DNA of 64,000 bases, taken from Saccostrea cucullata (taxonomy: Eukaryota). Below are positions 35,706 to 48,416 of the stretch, piece after piece (position 1 is the stretch's first letter; each line of letters begins with the position of its first letter). The position numbers and the translations under genes are program-made. Below the pieces are notes generated by a model, which saw only the letters and a program-made list of their open reading frames with translations, did no database searches and had not been told where the DNA came from. The stretch lies in NCBI RefSeq assembly GCF_032062105.1, contig NW_026935833.1:124001-188000 (forward strand), written 5' to 3'.

Positions 35706-36764
35706 AGGTTTCAATGATTTTTGCACAAATTGTCTCACGTCACTCTCCATCCGCATTTATGTCCAGAATTTATGAGCGAGGGTCGTATATTTTGGTCATT
35801 GTTTTCGAAGGTGTATTTCAGGGAAACTTTTAGATTCTATAAGCGAAATCAGGTGTTATTTTAAAGTGTCCATGGGACAACGCTTCATGTATCATTTCTT
35901 TTCAATATAAAAACTAATGTCACGCCAGGTGCACGAAACGCATGCTTAAAAGAGCAAGCAGCCATTACCCTTTCCCTTTAAATTTTACGTTTTAAAAACC
36001 TTATCCTGTGCGGAATTTTCATCCTGATAAATATTTTTCTTTTATTAAAAAAAATATGGACCCTATGGCCACACTGTAAAATTACGAATTCACACCTGTT
36101 AATGCATTTTTATATGCATAACTGAAACAAATACGCATGTAGGTAATGTTTTAATTGTCTTAATTTTAGAAAAATTATTGTCTACAATTAAGCAGGAAAA
36201 ACATATAGTCAATTATTTTCAAATAATTAATTCTTTACCTAAAAGAGACATTTATTCATCATGGAGACTTGCTATCAGTCAAAAATTTTACTTCCTTTGC
36301 AAGCCCTGTACATTGATAAAAGATGGTGGATGTTGGAATCCCTTTAATAAGTAAAATAAGTACATATGTATATAGAGACGGAGATAATTTTTTCGATTTG
36401 TGAACTTGCTTTCCACCACGAGGCGCGACAAATGCTTATTTTCAGAACATAAGAAAGGAGGGGGGCTGTCCTTCCAATTACTGGAAGTTCAGTACCAAAT
36501 TTAAAGTTTTAGTGGGTATAAATTATATTGCAGCAATGTGTATTATATGCATCTTTAATGCAGTGTCAGAGATGACAATTGCTTTGATAAAGCTCTTCAA
36601 GCCATTTGAGTGAGATTAATACAAAGATACAATCGAATCTGTTCCTCAAACTGCTCCACAAAAGAATAAATTGATTTGGAAAAAAACCCACAAAGACAGA
36701 AAGTATTTTCGACGAACACCTTGATTTAAATTATGTGTGAAATAATATACTTTCTCTCTCTTCG

Positions 36765-36967
36765 CGGGTTCGAATCCCGACGTGGAGATCGGTCCTTCGG
36801 ATGAAACCCTATAAACCAAGTTCCCGTGTTGCAGTAAGCGCTGGCACGAAAAGATCCCTACCTGCTCGATGGCCCTGAGTGCTGAGTATAGGACAAAATT
36901 TTTCTCCACCGGAAAGCGGTGGCAGCACTCATATGAAGATATGAGTGAAACATTCTCGAGAGGGACA
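36765..36967 (+). mobile_element. 5'-truncated Deu/Nin-like SINE copy
   Basis: B box gggttcgaatccc, ggtccttcggatgaaacc...aaaccaag, tggccctgagtgc, and atatgagtgaaacattctcgagagggac, all matching the 1683-2025 SINE. Confidence 0.75.
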
Positions 36968-38099
36968 TTTCTCTGGAAAATGATAGAACCGTTTGTCATC
37001 AGAATGCCCCTTATTAGCAGACATAATTTCCGTCTTCCGAATTTATTTAAATTCGTATACATGAGACACAGGAAAGTTTTTCTGTGGCCTTATAAATTTA
37101 GATATCCACAGCGTTCATCTGTTATCAATTCGCAACAGTTACTTTCATTAATATGTCGACTCGACATACCATGATCATGAAATTGTTCAAATTGTTCAAT
37201 CATAAAATGACGAGAACAACTTTCTGAAACAAATGAGCTTTCAAACTATCAATCTAATCTGAACTGTGTACATGTAGGTGTCTGTTTTTTAAAGGGGGAG
37301 GGGGGGTACATAAAAACCTGATATTTCTTCTATAATGCTAAAATTATCGATCATAAAAGGTGACAATAACAATGTAATTAAATAAAAATCACTTATGTAA
37401 TGTCATTTGTTGTCCGAGGTGATTTTTCTTGTGGAGTTTTTACAATGGTAATGTGAGATCAACGAAATTGACGTTGTCCGATAAAACACGGCGTCATAAC
37501 GAAGAATTTGTATTTTTTATTTGAAAAAATTAACTAATGTTTAGTCTTTGAACAACATCATGTTATATATCATTTAAAAGAGGAGAAAATTATCTATCAG
37601 GATCAATAAACAACTCAAAATGTCAAAATTTTCACTTAAGGGTGGTTTTTGCTTGACGGTCATCAAATAAGTGTTTTATTTTTTTGCTTTAATATCATAT
37701 ATTTTTCAATCCCTTCCGTTCTTTAATAGGCAAAGTAATTGCAGAAAATTAATGCGTTACAAAGACAATAATTTGAATACAACTGTGCTTCCACAGATTC
37801 TCAGCCGGAAGATGAAGATCTGCCTGATTCTGTATCAACGCTTTAGTATTGATTGTGCATTTCCTGTATTGGCGACTAGGACTTCCAAAGCACATGTACT
37901 TCAAATTGTGAGTGTTGTCATGGATTTTACGACTATATTTCGATACTTTTCATGGCAGTTTTGTAAACTCTGCACAAGAAACACTTTATGAAATGGATAA
38001 AATTTTTATGAAGGCAATGATGGATTTTTAAATTATCGCTGCTTAATACTGTATTACGTCATAAAGAAAAATATTTATACTTACCATTATGCGATGTTT

Positions 38100-39350
38100 T
38101 TTAGCTCTACTGGTCAGAGACCAGAAGAGCTTATGCGATAGTAATGCGTCCGGCGTCCGTCCGTCTGTCTGTCTGTCCGTCTGTCTGTAAACAATTTTTC
38201 AAAATGCTACTCCTCCTACAGTTTTGGTCTGATTTCAATATAACTTGGCACACAAGTAGACTACACTAAGATACATAATTCTGTGTATCGGTTTTTGATT
38301 TCGATGAACGGTGTTGCCGTGGTTACTAAAAATAGAAATTTCTGTGAAATTCTTTCAAAATGCTACTCCTCCTACAGTTTTGGTCTGATTTCAGTATAAC
38401 TTGGCACACAAGTAGAATACACTAAGATACATAATTCTGTATATTGGTTTTTGATTTCGATGAACGGTGTTGCCGTGGTTACTAAATATAGAAATTTCTG
38501 TGAAATTCTTTCAAAATGCTACTCCTCTTACAGTTTTGGTCTGATTTCAATATAACTTGGCACACAAGTAGACTACACTAAGATACATAATTCTGTGTAT
38601 CGGTTTTTGATTTCGATGAACGGTGTTGCCGTGGTTACTAAAAATAGAAATTTCTGTGAAATTCTTTCAAAATGCTACTCCTCCTACAGTTTTAGTCTGA
38701 TTTCAATATAACTTGGCACACAAGTAGACTACACTAAGATACACAATTCTGTGTATCGGTTTTTGATTATGATGAACGGTGTTGCTGTGGTTACTAAAAA
38801 TAGAAATTTCTGTGAAATTCTTTCAAAATGCTACTCCTTCTACAGTTTTGGTCTGATTTCAATATAACTTGGCACACAAGTAGACTACAATAAGATACAT
38901 AATTCTGTGTATCAGTATTTGACTTCGATGAACGGTGTTGCCGTGGTTACTAAAAATAGAAATTTCTGTGAAATTCTTTCAAAATGCTACTCCTTCTACA
39001 GTTTTAGTCTGATTTCAATATAACTTGGCACACAAGTAGACTACAATAAGATACATAATTCTGTTTATCGGTTTTTGATTTCGATGAACGGTGTTGCCAT
39101 GGTTACTAAAAATAGAAATGTCTTTTAAATACATTCAAAATGCTACTCCAAATACAATTTTAGTCTGATTATAATATAAATGTGGCATGCAAGTAGACTG
39201 CATTAAGAACATAAAGAGACTTAATCAAGGATCATTATTCTATTTATTGCTGTTGAAAAGTTTCAATTTCCAACTGCTTAAGTACTTTTCTCTTCCTTTT
39301 CTATAAGTACAAACCAGTAGAGCTTCAGTCTCTACAGAGACTTCTGGTCT
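38100..39350 (+). mobile_element. HINE / CvA-Pearl-like element with ~6.5 x 156-bp tandem units
   Basis: 5' hairpin/subTIR agctctactggtc...gaccagaagagct, (gtct)n, units starting at 38201, 38357, 38513..., 3' subTIR ccagtagagct plus hairpin agtctc-taca-gagact; T-rich flanks. Confidence 0.9.
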
Positions 39351-39801
39351 TTTTGTGCACTTGTCGATTTTGTTTAAACTTCGTTGAATACAATTGAAAT
39401 TTTCATTAAGATCAGCGCCCCACACGCAATTTTATGCTTGTGTATTTTTTGCCCTGGCAAGGAGAAAACAGAACTTAACAGAAGAACCAAAGAACTTACA
39501 TACAATGTGTGATCTGGCTGAAGAGGAAACTACTCAAACAGGAAAACAGAATTCATACCATGTATACATTTATTTTATACCACCTATTTGGCAACAGATT
39601 TCTTGCAGAAGAAAAATATCTCATAAATGCAAACAGTGCCATGCCTTGTTGTCTTAAATACATTAACTTGCTTGAAAAGGTGTCAGTGGAGAGACTACAA
39701 TATTGTAATCATTATTTCTCCTATCTACAATAGGTGTGCCATTGAACATTGTCAAAGAATGTAAATAAATGGTCAGACTGTAGGAAGAAGTAGCTAGTGC
39801 T

Positions 39802-39852
39802 CAGCATTACAACAGTAATATGGGAGGTGTTGACAAATCTAACCAAATGCTG
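39802..39852 (+). pseudogene. piggyBac transposase fragment
   Basis: QHYNSNMGGVDKSNQML matches the piggyBac YNxxMGGVDxxDQ catalytic motif; only ~17 codons recognisable. Confidence 0.5.
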
Positions 39853-39978
39853 AACAAGCATCTTTTCTGCATCAAGTCGGTTCTTAGCATTTTCGTTCAA
39901 TAATTCATATAAGTTTGGGATTTTTTTTTAGATTTAAAAAAAAAATTTCTGTAAGCATTTTCTACTTCAAGCAAATAA

Positions 39979-41766
39979 ATGTCAAATACTTCGACAACAG
40001 CTCGTGGGGATTTACATACTGCAAGTCAGAAAGAAATCAGCCATGATCATAGCTACACTTGCATGACTTCTGAAGAGTTGCAAATGGATACTGAAGAGTT
40101 GCAAATGAATAATGCTCGCATGTTTTCTCACAATGAGCTGCAATCACAAATGGCATATGGCAGATCAGATTACAATTATTCCACTGTATGTTCTATTGTT
40201 ACAGAACCATGTTCACAAGTTTGTCCGGCACAAAACTCACTTAATGAAGGTTTGGAAAGCCCAACTGCTCTATTTCTTTCTGGAAAACCTCAAAATAAAT
40301 TAGGATGCAATATATGTCCTCAAACAAATAAATCTGCACAAAATTTGAAGACCGCTTCTCCAAGTGCAGATATGTGTACTTTCTTTGAATTAGAGACCCT
40401 AGCAAGCAATGGGTCAACCAACACTGAATTCAAGGTCTTTGATGTCCCAGGTGATGGTCACTGCTATTTTTTTCATTGTTTGAGTTTGATACTTCATGGT
40501 CACATGAACGATACACAAATTACAGAATTATCATCTGTGGTCATCTGTATGAAAACTGGGAAATGTACAAAGAAACAGCTGATGCATGACAAATGCATGC
40601 ACACAAAAAACTTTGAAAAAAATGGTTTTAGGTAGTGGCTTCGCTACAGCTGCTGAGATGATGATTGCAGCATTATTATTTAATGTAAAAATCAATGTGT
40701 ACCTGCAACGTGTATCCTGTCATCATTGTTACTGGTAATCAAAGTACTTTTACACTGGAGTCTTATGAATCAGTTGTTGAAATTGCAGGGGGAAAATCCA
40801 TCTTTCTTCTGCTTAAAAATTGTGTCATTTCCAAGTTCATCACAAAATCAAAAATCTCATCCCCCACTACACATGAAACATCTTGCAGGCCTAGCAATGC
40901 AGATGGGAGAATTCATATTCCAAATGATATTAGGAACAAACATCAAGCTTATACAAATAAAAACAAAAGACAAACACATTTACACTTGGTGATAATTACG
41001 TGAATGATGTTCCTACCACAACAATGAAAACGTGTGCTAACCAGGTTACAGATTGCCTTGAACAGCAATCCAGTAGCAAAGGTACATGATTTTTTAAGAA
41101 AATTCATTTAGTTTAGATTAAAATCTAAATGCCAAGTCAAAAACAGATAAGAACAAAGTAAAACATTCAAAAATATATGACACCAGTACTGCAGACCTGT
41201 ACTTAGAACAGAAAACTTGGATTTCACTATGACCCTGGGCCTCCAGAGTAAAATCTCCAAAAATCTTAAGAAGAAAGAAATACTTTCGTCAAATTCAAAG
41301 AGTCCAAGAAAATTTAGGTATCCAATATTAAATGATATTCCTACCCCCCCCCCCTTTGAACAACTAATTAGTAGGATATCCCCTGCTATCAATATTCATA
41401 TGCTTAAACATGGGGGTATCACTGCAAATGGTCACTGTGTAACATTCCCAAAGCAAATAAAGGAACCTGCACAACTTCTGCCCAAATTTCCCTCAGAAAT
41501 GAATATTCTTAAAGTTCGAAGAAAGGGCAAAGGTGACAGTTGTATGGATTATCGTTTAAGGAGGTTTATTGTTCAAAATGCTCTCATCTGGCTCAAGAAC
41601 AATAACCCAGCATACTCAAATGTCATCATAAACAATGATAGGCTAAATTAACTTCCCTTTGACAGCCCACTTGATCTTCAAACTTGAAATCGACACATTG
41701 GAGAGCAAAAATGATGACCAAGGCCCAGCTCCATTGCAGTTTCAACCTGGCCCAACTGACGGTCTG
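39979..41766 (+). pseudogene. Helentron/Helitron RepHel N-terminal part (OTU-like protease, DUF6570-like region)
   Basis: FKVFDVPGDGHCYF (OTU GDGxC); EQLISRISP...GHCVTFP...VQNALIWLKNNNPAY, typical of Helentron RepHel. The frame resumes after the MULE TSD at 47696-47768. Confidence 0.75.
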
Positions 41767-42626
41767 TCCGATTCGAATCCGGGTCATTTCTCCCCAGTAC
41801 CTGCTCCGCCTAGGTCATTTCTCTTCTAGGTCATTTCCCTCCATTACCCAGGTCATTTCTCTCCACAACCCAGGTCATTTCACTCCAACATGAAAATTGT
41901 TTGACTTATACTAGTATAATAAATGTAATTATAACAAGTTCTATTGTTATCATAATTATTGAACTTAACGTTTAACATGCATCCTTTACTGTTATTTTAT
42001 TTATTTATTTTTATTTATTTATATTTTTTTAATTAATTTATTTATTTAATTATATATTTATTAATTAATTATTTATTTATTTCAGTCATTCAACTAACAC
42101 ATTCCTTTTTTATGTTGTTTACAAATTTACCAGTATTCACTAGGTCTTAACTATAAATTTAATGGTCGATTTCAACATGGTGTTGTAAATATTTGCCGAT
42201 ATATATTCCACGGCAAATCTTAATGTCGTTTCATTTATTTAACAATTTCAAGATGGAATTCTCAGTTTTTAAAAGAGTTCCAAAGAGATTGCAATGAATG
42301 GTGAAAAAGGTTTTTTATCCTTTATAAAATAAAAATTAAACCACCTCTCGCAAATAAAAGCATGCATGGGTATTGATTTTCTTCCGTAAATTAAAGTAAT
42401 GCATTTATGAATTCATTTATTCATTTATTTGTTTGTAAATTTTTTTTTGTTGTTGTTTAAAGTATTCTTTAATTCGTTCCTAAATTCATATTTTTGATTA
42501 ATTAATTATTTATCAATTAACGTATTCATTTATTTTCTTTTTCTTTCTTTCTTTCTAATGGAATATAAAATAACTAACATTGAAATGCGATGCGATTTTT
42601 ATTTATTTATTTTATTTATTTATTAA

Positions 42627-42629
<3 letters not shown>

Positions 42630-42660
<31 letters not shown>

Positions 42661-42709
42661 ATTTTCTGATCACATTTTGTCTGTAGTCCGTCTGTCCGTC
42701 CGTCTGTCT

Positions 42710-42740
<31 letters not shown>

Positions 42741-42752
42741 GACTACTTCTCA

Positions 42753-42783
<31 letters not shown>

Positions 42784-42784
42784 C

Positions 42785-42842
<58 letters not shown>

Positions 42843-44320
42843 CATTCAAGGGGAGATAATTGGGAATTAATAAAAATTTGGTGGCAGGCTTTAAAAATCT
42901 TCTTCTCAAGAACCACTGTGCCAGGAAAGATGAAACTTATATGGAAGCATCCTCAGGTAGTGTTGATTCAAGTTTGTTCAAATCATGACCCCTGGGGGTA
43001 GGGCGGGGCCACAATGGCTGACCAAAGTTTTACATAGAAATATATAGAAAAATTCTTTAAAAATCTTCTTCTCAAGAATAACAAAGCCATAATTGATCAT
43101 ATTTATATGGAAGCATCCTCAGGTAGTGTAGATTCAAGTTTGTTCAAATCATGACCCCCGGGGGTAGGGCGGGGCCACAATGGCCAACCAAAGTTTTACA
43201 TAGAAATATATAGGAATATTCTTTAAAAATCTTCTCAAGAACCACTGTGTCAGGAAAGATGAAACTTATATGGAAGCATCCTCAGGTAGTGTAGATTCAA
43301 GTTTGTTCAAATCATGACCCCCGGGGGTAGGGTTGGGCCACAATGGCTGACCAACGTTTTACATAGAAATATATAGGAATAATCTTTAAAAATCTTCTTC
43401 TCAAGAACCACTGTGCCAGGAAGAATGAAACTTATATGGAAGCATTCTCAAGTAGTGTAAATTCAAGTTTGTTTAAATCATGACCCCTGGGGTAGGGCGG
43501 GGCCACAATGGCCGACCAAAGTTTTACATAGAAATATATAGGAAAATTCTTTAAAAATCTTCTTCTCAAGAACCACTGTGCCAGGAAGGATGAAACTTAT
43601 ATAGAAGCATCCTCAGGTAGTGTAAATTCAAATGTGTCCAAATCATGACTCCCGGGGGTAGGGCAGGGCCACAATGGCCGACCAAAGTTTTACATAGAAA
43701 TATATAGGAGAAATCTTTAAAAATCTTCTTCTCAAGAAAAACAAAGTCATAATTGATCATATTTATATTGAAGCATCCTCAGGTAGTGTACATTCAAGTT
43801 TGTTCAAATCATGACCCCTGGGGGTAGGGCGGGGCAACAATGGCCGACCGAAGTTTTACATAAAAATATATAGGAAAATTCTTCAAAAATCTTCTTAAGA
43901 ACCACTGTGCCAGGAAGGATGAAACTTATATGGAAGCATCTTCAGGTAGTGTAGATACAAGTTTGTTCAAATCATGACCCCCGGGGGTAGGGCGGGGCCA
44001 CAATGGCCGACCAAAATTTTACATAGAAATATATAGGAAAATTCTTTAAAAATCTTCTTCTCAAGAATAACAAAGCCATAATTGATCATATTTATATGGA
44101 AGCATCCTACAGTAGTGTAGATTAAAATTTGTTCAAATCGTGACCCCCAGGGGTAGGGTGGGGCCAAAATGGCCAACCAAAGTTTCACATAGAAATATAT
44201 AGGAAAATTCTTTAAAAATCTTCTTCTCAAGAATAGCAAAACCATGATTGGTCATGGGACTACTTTTGGGTTTAAACTTTTTAATACTAAACCAATTTCT
44301 ACTTTTTCCTAGCCACAGTG

Positions 44321-44355
<35 letters not shown>
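42630..44355 (+). mobile_element. HINE with ~8 Cg170/HindIII-like 166-bp satellite units
   Basis: tagctcacctgagccgaaggctcaagtgag 5' end, (gtct)n, units ggaagcatcctcaggtagtgtagattcaagtttgttcaaatcatgaccccc (42943, 43109...), 3' gctcaggtgagcgatgtggcccatgggcctcttgtt. Confidence 0.9.
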
Positions 44356-44357
<2 letters not shown>

Positions 44358-44793
44358 GTTTTTTTTTTAGTTTTAAGATTTAAATTAAATAGAAGTCTTT
44401 AAGTTTGTTTATTGTCCTGTCATCATTCGTTTATGACCTTTATCAGAATTAAATATATAATTGTTAGATTTCGTAATTGCTGTCTGACCGTTTTATGGTA
44501 CCTTACACGGTGTTTATACACATACATGCTGGGTACATATGTTTATCCGTAAATTGTCAATTTCACAGATTGACACCACAATTATATTAATCGTTTTGAC
44601 TTAGTGACAGAAAATGTCAACTTTGTGTATTGTACATGGATGTATTCAGACAGATTATATAAATAAAAATTTTGCCATTTTTTATTTCACTAAAAAATCA
44701 CATTCACTGCAATACCTTCTGGCGAGAAATTGTAGAATATGAACGTTACACAAAATTCAAGTAAACTGCCAATTTTAAAACTTATAAATTAAG

Positions 44794-46470
44794 GTGGAAC
44801 AGTCCGCGAGAGATAATGTGTTCCAGTCAGCAATGTCAATAGCCGAGGGGACAGTAACGAACCATTTCAATGAGGAAACTAGATTCCTTGCACCAAATCT
44901 CCATCTGATTAAGAGAGTGGCAAATCGATTCAGAAGCAAGTTCTGTCCCGAGGAACCAGTGAATCTTAATTTCCAGGTATATTAATTAGTGACATTTCCC
45001 CCCTTTTCTCGGAGAATTAGCCCCTATCCACATGTCACACACATCATGCTACTTTTTCGATGGACCTTGACTTCCTCCAGTGCGAAGAACTTCCTTGTCG
45101 CCGACATCAATACAGATGGACAAAGTTACATAATATTCAGTTCCCCTTTCCAACTAATCCCTGTGCTGAAGGACGCTAGGCGCTGGTATATGGACTGCAC
45201 TTTTAAGGTTAATATACATGTACATTTATTATATTTAATGAAAGTACCCCAATACTAGAGGCATTGTCAATGCAATTTATATTAATATAAATACACTAAA
45301 TATTATAATTTACCAGATTTAAGTTTAAAACAAACATGGACGGGTGTGTTTTACATGCTAGGTTGTACCCAAAGTTTTCCATAAGACGGGCCAGCTGCTG
45401 TCAATACAAATGTACACGCTTTTGTGCAACAGTGCGGCCAAAAGAAACAGTTTCCTTTGTTATTTGCCCTTATGTCAAGGAGAAAGAAGGAAGACTATAT
45501 GATGGTGAGGCACAAGTAAAGTGACAAAATGCATAAAACTATTCCTGTAAAATGGCAAATCAGAGAAATAATTTCGATTTTCCTGTTCCTTTAGGTTTTG
45601 CAAGCCATATTAGAACGGCTAGATGAACCCGTTGTTGAGGAAATTTTGCTGTACTTTGAAAAGGGTATTTTCATTTTCCTATTCTCATTACGCAAACAAA
45701 AATAGTACTTTAGTGTACCTGTATTAATAAAAAAAATTCAGGAATATACTTGTAAGTTAAATTATGAATATCAATATGCCTTTGTTAGCGGCTTGGCAGT
45801 CCATTCGAGAAGTATTACCCGGCATTTCAATCCGTGGGTGTGTCTTCCATTGGACACAGGCATTATGGAGACGCGTGCAGGAACTTGGACTAGCTGCCAC
45901 CTATCGTGAGAAAAAGGCAACTCACTGGTTCATCAAGCAGTTAATGGCCCTTCCATTTCTGCCTTCAAATGACATCAACCCCACATTCCGGGCAATGCAA
46001 GAAAAGGTTCAGGAATCTTCCTCTCTAAAGTCCCTCACAGACTACATGGAAAGACAGTGGATTAACAACGCTGTATTCCCTATTCCAGCCTGATCCATCT
46101 ACAAACAGGAGATTCGTACCAACAACGATACCGAAGGTAATTTTTTTTCTTATATGTGCCTTCAATATTTATCGGTAACCTCCTCCCCCCTTTAATATTA
46201 TTGGCATGCTTATTCTTTAAAAATTACCAAGGATGGCACAATCGTCTCAATGGCAAAGCCGGGCATGGAAACATTGGGTTCTACCGCTTGATTCCTCTGC
46301 TGCAGAAGGAGGCTGAAATTGTGCACGTCCAGGTTTCCGCACAGGACCTGTCTCGTGATGCCAGAATAACTAGCACAAGGGTGGAGAAGAAAATTCGGCA
46401 AGCTTGGTTGGACTATGACGATGAGATGATCACTGCAAGCCATTTCCTGCGAATTTGTGGAGGTGTTTAA
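44794..46470 (+). pseudogene. Multi-exon MULE transposase
   Basis: WYMDCTFK (1st Asp); FPLLFALM; LLYFEK (2nd Asp replaced by Tyr); GCVFHWTQ (CxxH); RTNNDTE/GWHNRLN (Glu). Stop codon at 46091. Confidence 0.88.
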
Positions 46471-47000
46471 GGCCACACGGAGTAATTTTCGATAATCTGT
46501 TTTTTTTTCGGTGTTAAATTCGTGTTAATTTTTGGAATATTGATGTTTGTACATGCCATATTCTTTTGTATATATGTAAATGTTACATTTCAGGGTTTTT
46601 TTTTCATTGATAGCATTTTCCCCCTAGATTTTTGTTTTCTTCGCGTTCTTAACTTTTTTGGCTTTAATTAAAATTTGTACAAAAACGTAAAACTTCGTAA
46701 ATATTTACATACATGGTTTCTAGATATACAGGTACCATTTCACTACAAAAACATATTTTACTTTATGTTCATTTTCTCCCTTTTTGTCGTAAGATCTAGA
46801 GTGACAGAATGTAATTTGAATCCGTTTTATTTTTTATTCGTACATAGTTGTAACGCTGAACATTATGAAATCAATCGGTAAAAGTAAATTTTTAATTTAA
46901 TAAAAACAAATAAATTTTCTTTAGTTTCGACTTTCTTCGTTTTCTATAATAATATTCTTTTCATAAACAAAATTTCATTATTAGCTAAGGCATAAATTTA

Positions 47001-47580
47001 TCATTTTATTAAATTTATTTGGCTTTAAATTTTTCTTTCAAAATTATGGCCCTTAACGAGGAGGCCTCCACGTGGCAAGGGCTGGGCAACGGTATCTATT
47101 TTTTTAACAAAATAAATTATTTTTCCTGTAAATAAGATACCGGCAGACTTCCTCTCGTAAAGTTTTTATAAGTCATGAATTAATAAAATTAATTTGATTG
47201 ACCAGATACGAGTAAATAACACAAAACAGTGTTGTATGTAATTATATTAGATTAGATAAAAAATCATTTTATTAAATTTTTTTAATTTGGCCTTAAATTT
47301 TTCTTTCAAAATTATGGCCCTTAATGAGGAGGCCTCCACGTGGCAAGGGCTGGACAACGGTATCAATTTCTTTATTTATTTATTTATTTTTTTTTTATTA
47401 TTATTTTTTTTTTTTTTTACAAAATAATAAAATTATTTTTCCTGTGAATAACATACCGGCAGACTTCCTCTTGTATAGTTTTTATAAGTCATAAATTAAT
47501 AAAATTAATTTGATTGACCAGATACGAGTTAATAACACAAAAAATGGAGTTGTAAATAATTATGTAAGACTAGATAAAAA
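47001..47580. repeat. Two-copy direct repeat (~265 and ~315 bp) in the MULE 3' region
   Basis: aaattatggcccttaa(c/t)gaggaggcctccacgtggcaagggctgg and downstream sequence occur twice (~47041 and ~47309). Confidence 0.85.
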
Positions 47581-47770
47581 ATGGGGTGAAATGACCTAGG
47601 TAGCAGAGAGAAATGACCCACCGTGAAATGGTGGGAGAGAAATAACCTGGGAGAGAAAATTTTTTAGAGAGAAATGATCTGACACCTCCGATTCGGGCGT
47701 TCTAATACCAGAACCAAGTATTGACATTAATCAAGAGGTTCAGAATGTGGTTGAAGACATCATCAATTGA

Positions 47771-48402
47771 AACCAGCAGTCTCTGTCGAGACTGTAGCTC
47801 TACTGGTTTGTACTTATAACAGAGGAAGAGAAAGTAGCATTTAAAAGTATTTCAAAGAAATTTCTATTTTTAGTAACCACGGCAACACCATTCATCGAAA
47901 TCAAAAACCGATTTACAGAATTATGCATCATAGTGTAGTCTACTTGTGTGCCAAGTTATGTTGAAATCAGACCAAAAGTGTAGAAGGAGTAGCATTTTGA
48001 AAGCATTAAATTGAAATTTCTATTTTTAGTAACCACGGCAACACCGTTCATCAAAATCAAAAACCGATAAATAGAATGATGTATCTTAGTGTAGTCTACT
48101 TGTGTACCAAGTTGTGTTGAAATCAAACCAAAACTGTAGGAGGAGTAGCATTTTAAAAGTATCACAAATAAATTTCTATTTTTAGTAACAACGGGAACAC
48201 TGTTCATCAAAATCAAAAACCAATACACAGAATTATGTATCTTAGTGTTGTCTACTTGTGTGCCAACTTATATTGAAATCTGACCAAGACTGTAGGAGGA
48301 GTAGCGTTTTGAAAAATTGTTTACAGACAGACAGACAGACGAACGGACGCCGGACGCATTACTATCGAATAAGCTCTTCTGGTCTCTGACCAGTAGAGCT
48401 AA
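47771..48402 (-). mobile_element. HINE, 156-bp family (short copy)
   Basis: Same termini as 38100-39350 in reverse orientation, ~3 units. Confidence 0.85.
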
Positions 48403-48416
48403 AAAAAAAAACAACC

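Larger units (their letters stand above)
34076..37664. mobile_element. Non-autonomous DNA transposon, Sola1-like
   Basis: ~28-bp TIR gatgaccgtcaagc(g/a)aaaaccaccctta and a 4-bp TSD AAAT (34072-34075 / 37665-37668), fitting the Sola1 AWWT target. No transposase inside. Confidence 0.7.
41775..47686 (+). mobile_element. Mutator-like element (MULE) inserted in the Helentron ORF
   Basis: TSD tccgattc(g), 8-9 bp, at 41767 and 47687. Imperfect TIRs with subterminal ggtcatttc repeats (41781-41886) and gaaatgacc (47587-47680). MULE transposase inside. Confidence 0.85.

Noticed and set aside
35421-35775. ERER/SLSL-repeat proteins
   Set aside because: They are translations of the (CT)n microsatellite.
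42590-44245. Short ORFs within HINE/satellite arrays (also at 10374, 11268, 20113, 47956)
   Set aside because: They are chance frames in tandem non-coding repeats.
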